NCBI GenBank assembly: GCA_002633005.1
Contig: NMRA01000073.1
Coordinates: 582,150 to 646,149, forward strand
Direction: 5' to 3'
From: Phoronis australis
Taxonomy: Eukaryota; Animalia; Phoronida
DNA: 64,000 bases
The position numbers were made by a program, and so were the translations under genes. Numbering within the stretch: the stretch's first letter is position 1; each line of letters begins with the position of its first letter. Positions 62,110 through 64,000 of this stretch are shown here, piece after piece. The notes under the pieces are model-generated. The model worked only from the letters and a program-made list of their open reading frames with translations. It was not told where the DNA came from and did no database searches.

Positions 62110-63330
62110 TACAGGATATCTAAACCAAGAAACTTATCTCTACGTTTCTCAGCATATATTTAGCAATTTTTCTCAGGTTAGTCATGGGTCTGTAGGAGAT
62201 CCCCCAATACTGCTTCACCCACCCTGTCGAATCTATGTGCAAACTGTATGCGCAAATCAGAATATAATTACAATCGAGAAGAAAGTGTACTTCTGATTCC
62301 TCCTTTCCACTATTGCAACAGGGCCATGTTCTCTCATCTCTACGAAGACCAATAAACCTCCCCTTAACTGTTTTAGAACGAGCCGAACGTCTAAATCTTG
62401 CGACGGCTGCGCTAACTGAATTGTTTTCTTGGCATGCTATGTAGTTTTCAAGACAAAAAATCATTTTTTGCAATTTTATAAACATCTATATTGTTTCTCC
62501 AATCCTGGACATCACGTCACAGCATCGTTTCTTATGAGGAGTCTCAATGAAAAGTTACATGGTGAACCGATTTGTTGGACGTCTGGCCTGCTTTCAGACG
62601 GTAGACCTGCCTTCAGTTTCTATCGTGAGAAGCCAACGCTCTTTTCGCCTGTTGGCCAGAATACGGTAAAGTTTCCTCAAATAATGGCAAAAAATGTCTT
62701 CCTGTTGCCTTGTTTTTCAAACGGCCAGTGTATTGCCAAGAAGGTTTAAAATTTCATTGTGTGTTTATTGATGACAGGTCTGCTTTATAATTTTTCCAAA
62801 TAATGAAGTAAAATTGTCTCTTTGTTTACTCTTGTTGAAAATTTTGATAAAATGAATTTTTTATGCTCCTCCATATTGTATATTTATTTGAAGAAACTTT
62901 ACCTAACCGTACTGACTCTAACCCACAGCAGATTGGACGAATCAGTGAACGTTCTGGATACATGTCACTACTCAGAAGGCTCACCGCGGACCCGAAGGTT
63001 CACTACTCCCAGAGTTCATTACTTCCGAATTCACTCTGAATATTTGCTAATGAGTCCTATTTCTGTCGGCAGACCTAACCAAAATTCACACTGACAGAAT
63101 TTGTTATGAACCAATTCTGTATCCTTGCCCAGATGGAAATCCCAGATCTGACAGTCCGCAATAATTGATAATATTCAGCGTTGAACAATCTCAATCAAAG
63201 TGGTAACTGGTTCTCCGATATTTCCTTTCAGAAAGCACAATTAATACTTTTCAAGCATTTCATTTCCGTTTTTGTCAGTACTTTACTGAGCGACCAATCT
63301 GTGCATTGAAAAAAATTGCAAAATTCAAAC
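62110..63330 (-). mobile_element. Degenerate LINE 3' portion (RTEX/L1-like C-terminal CCHC)
   Basis: VARFRRSARSKTVKGRFIGLRRDERTWPCCNSGKEESEVHFLLDC; upstream remnants include a QIWDF-like segment and SEFGS. Confidence 0.65.
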
Positions 63331-64000
63331 AGCTCTAGATCAACACTGAGTCGGCGAACATTCATTACAGTCAAGTGACCTAATTATCGGACGTTTTGGC
63401 AAATTTTGCATTATATTTAATTGAAAATTACGGATTGTCGTAAATTCTTTGCTGAAATAAAGAATTACCTTTATAGAATTGTTGTGTTACTATATCTTGT
63501 CACCGAAAGCCACATTTATGTTCCGACTGAACTTTAAAAAACACAACAAGCAAACCTTCGGAGAACCTAAATATCGGACACCATGGTTCCCCATACGCCA
63601 CACCGCGGAAAACTGACTAACCACGTAATGGCCGCGGGCACCTTGTAGCCAAATTTCAGCTCGAGTGTTTTGACATATATGCTACTAGAACACAGGTCCA
63701 TTCGCAACAAAATTATCCATAAAATGAAATCTGATGACGGCGCCAAGTCATTTCGATGAATTAGTGCAGACGACTAAAGCACGTGCAAACTCACTGCAGT
63801 TTTTAGTATCACTTTGGCTTCTTGATATGACACCCGCACGTGCGCGGTCGGGGTTTGACTTGAGTTTAAAAACAAATGAAAAAATGGAACAGTAACATAT
63901 TGTCAGTTCAATGAGAAAGTTTCATTGTGGAAAAAGATTTTATTTTCAACTTTTATAACCGATTTATGCGATCGTACATTTTAGGCCGACTTGGGGGTCT

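Overview
AT-rich, intron-rich animal genomic DNA, most likely from a marine invertebrate (taxon not determinable from this window). It is a draft scaffold with two N-gaps (8096-8328, 51282-51478) and seven single-N joins. Host genes: a complete 12-exon ASZ1/GASZ gene on the minus strand (55308-40747, piRNA pathway), a divergently oriented ankyrin-repeat/SOCS-box gene (57381-59025), two exons of ARPC4 (30836-30947, 35217-35393), and phase-1 exons of an apparent F-type-lectin/sushi mosaic gene (minus strand, 23068-2608). The rest is largely transposon-derived. The most notable structure is a ~9.2 kb IS3EU-like inverted-repeat element whose arms are arrays of a 21-bp palindrome-containing unit. 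Its right arm is split by a near-full-length RTE LINE, whose first nucleotides fold by hand into an HDV-like ribozyme with an unusual hairpin inserted in L3. Also present: a stand-alone intact RNase H ORF bracketed by a 10-bp direct repeat, an Academ-like element with TIRs and a TSD, a Penelope remnant with a hammerhead-like motif, other LINE remnants, MITEs and minisatellites. All calls come from reading the sequence by eye; no searches were run.
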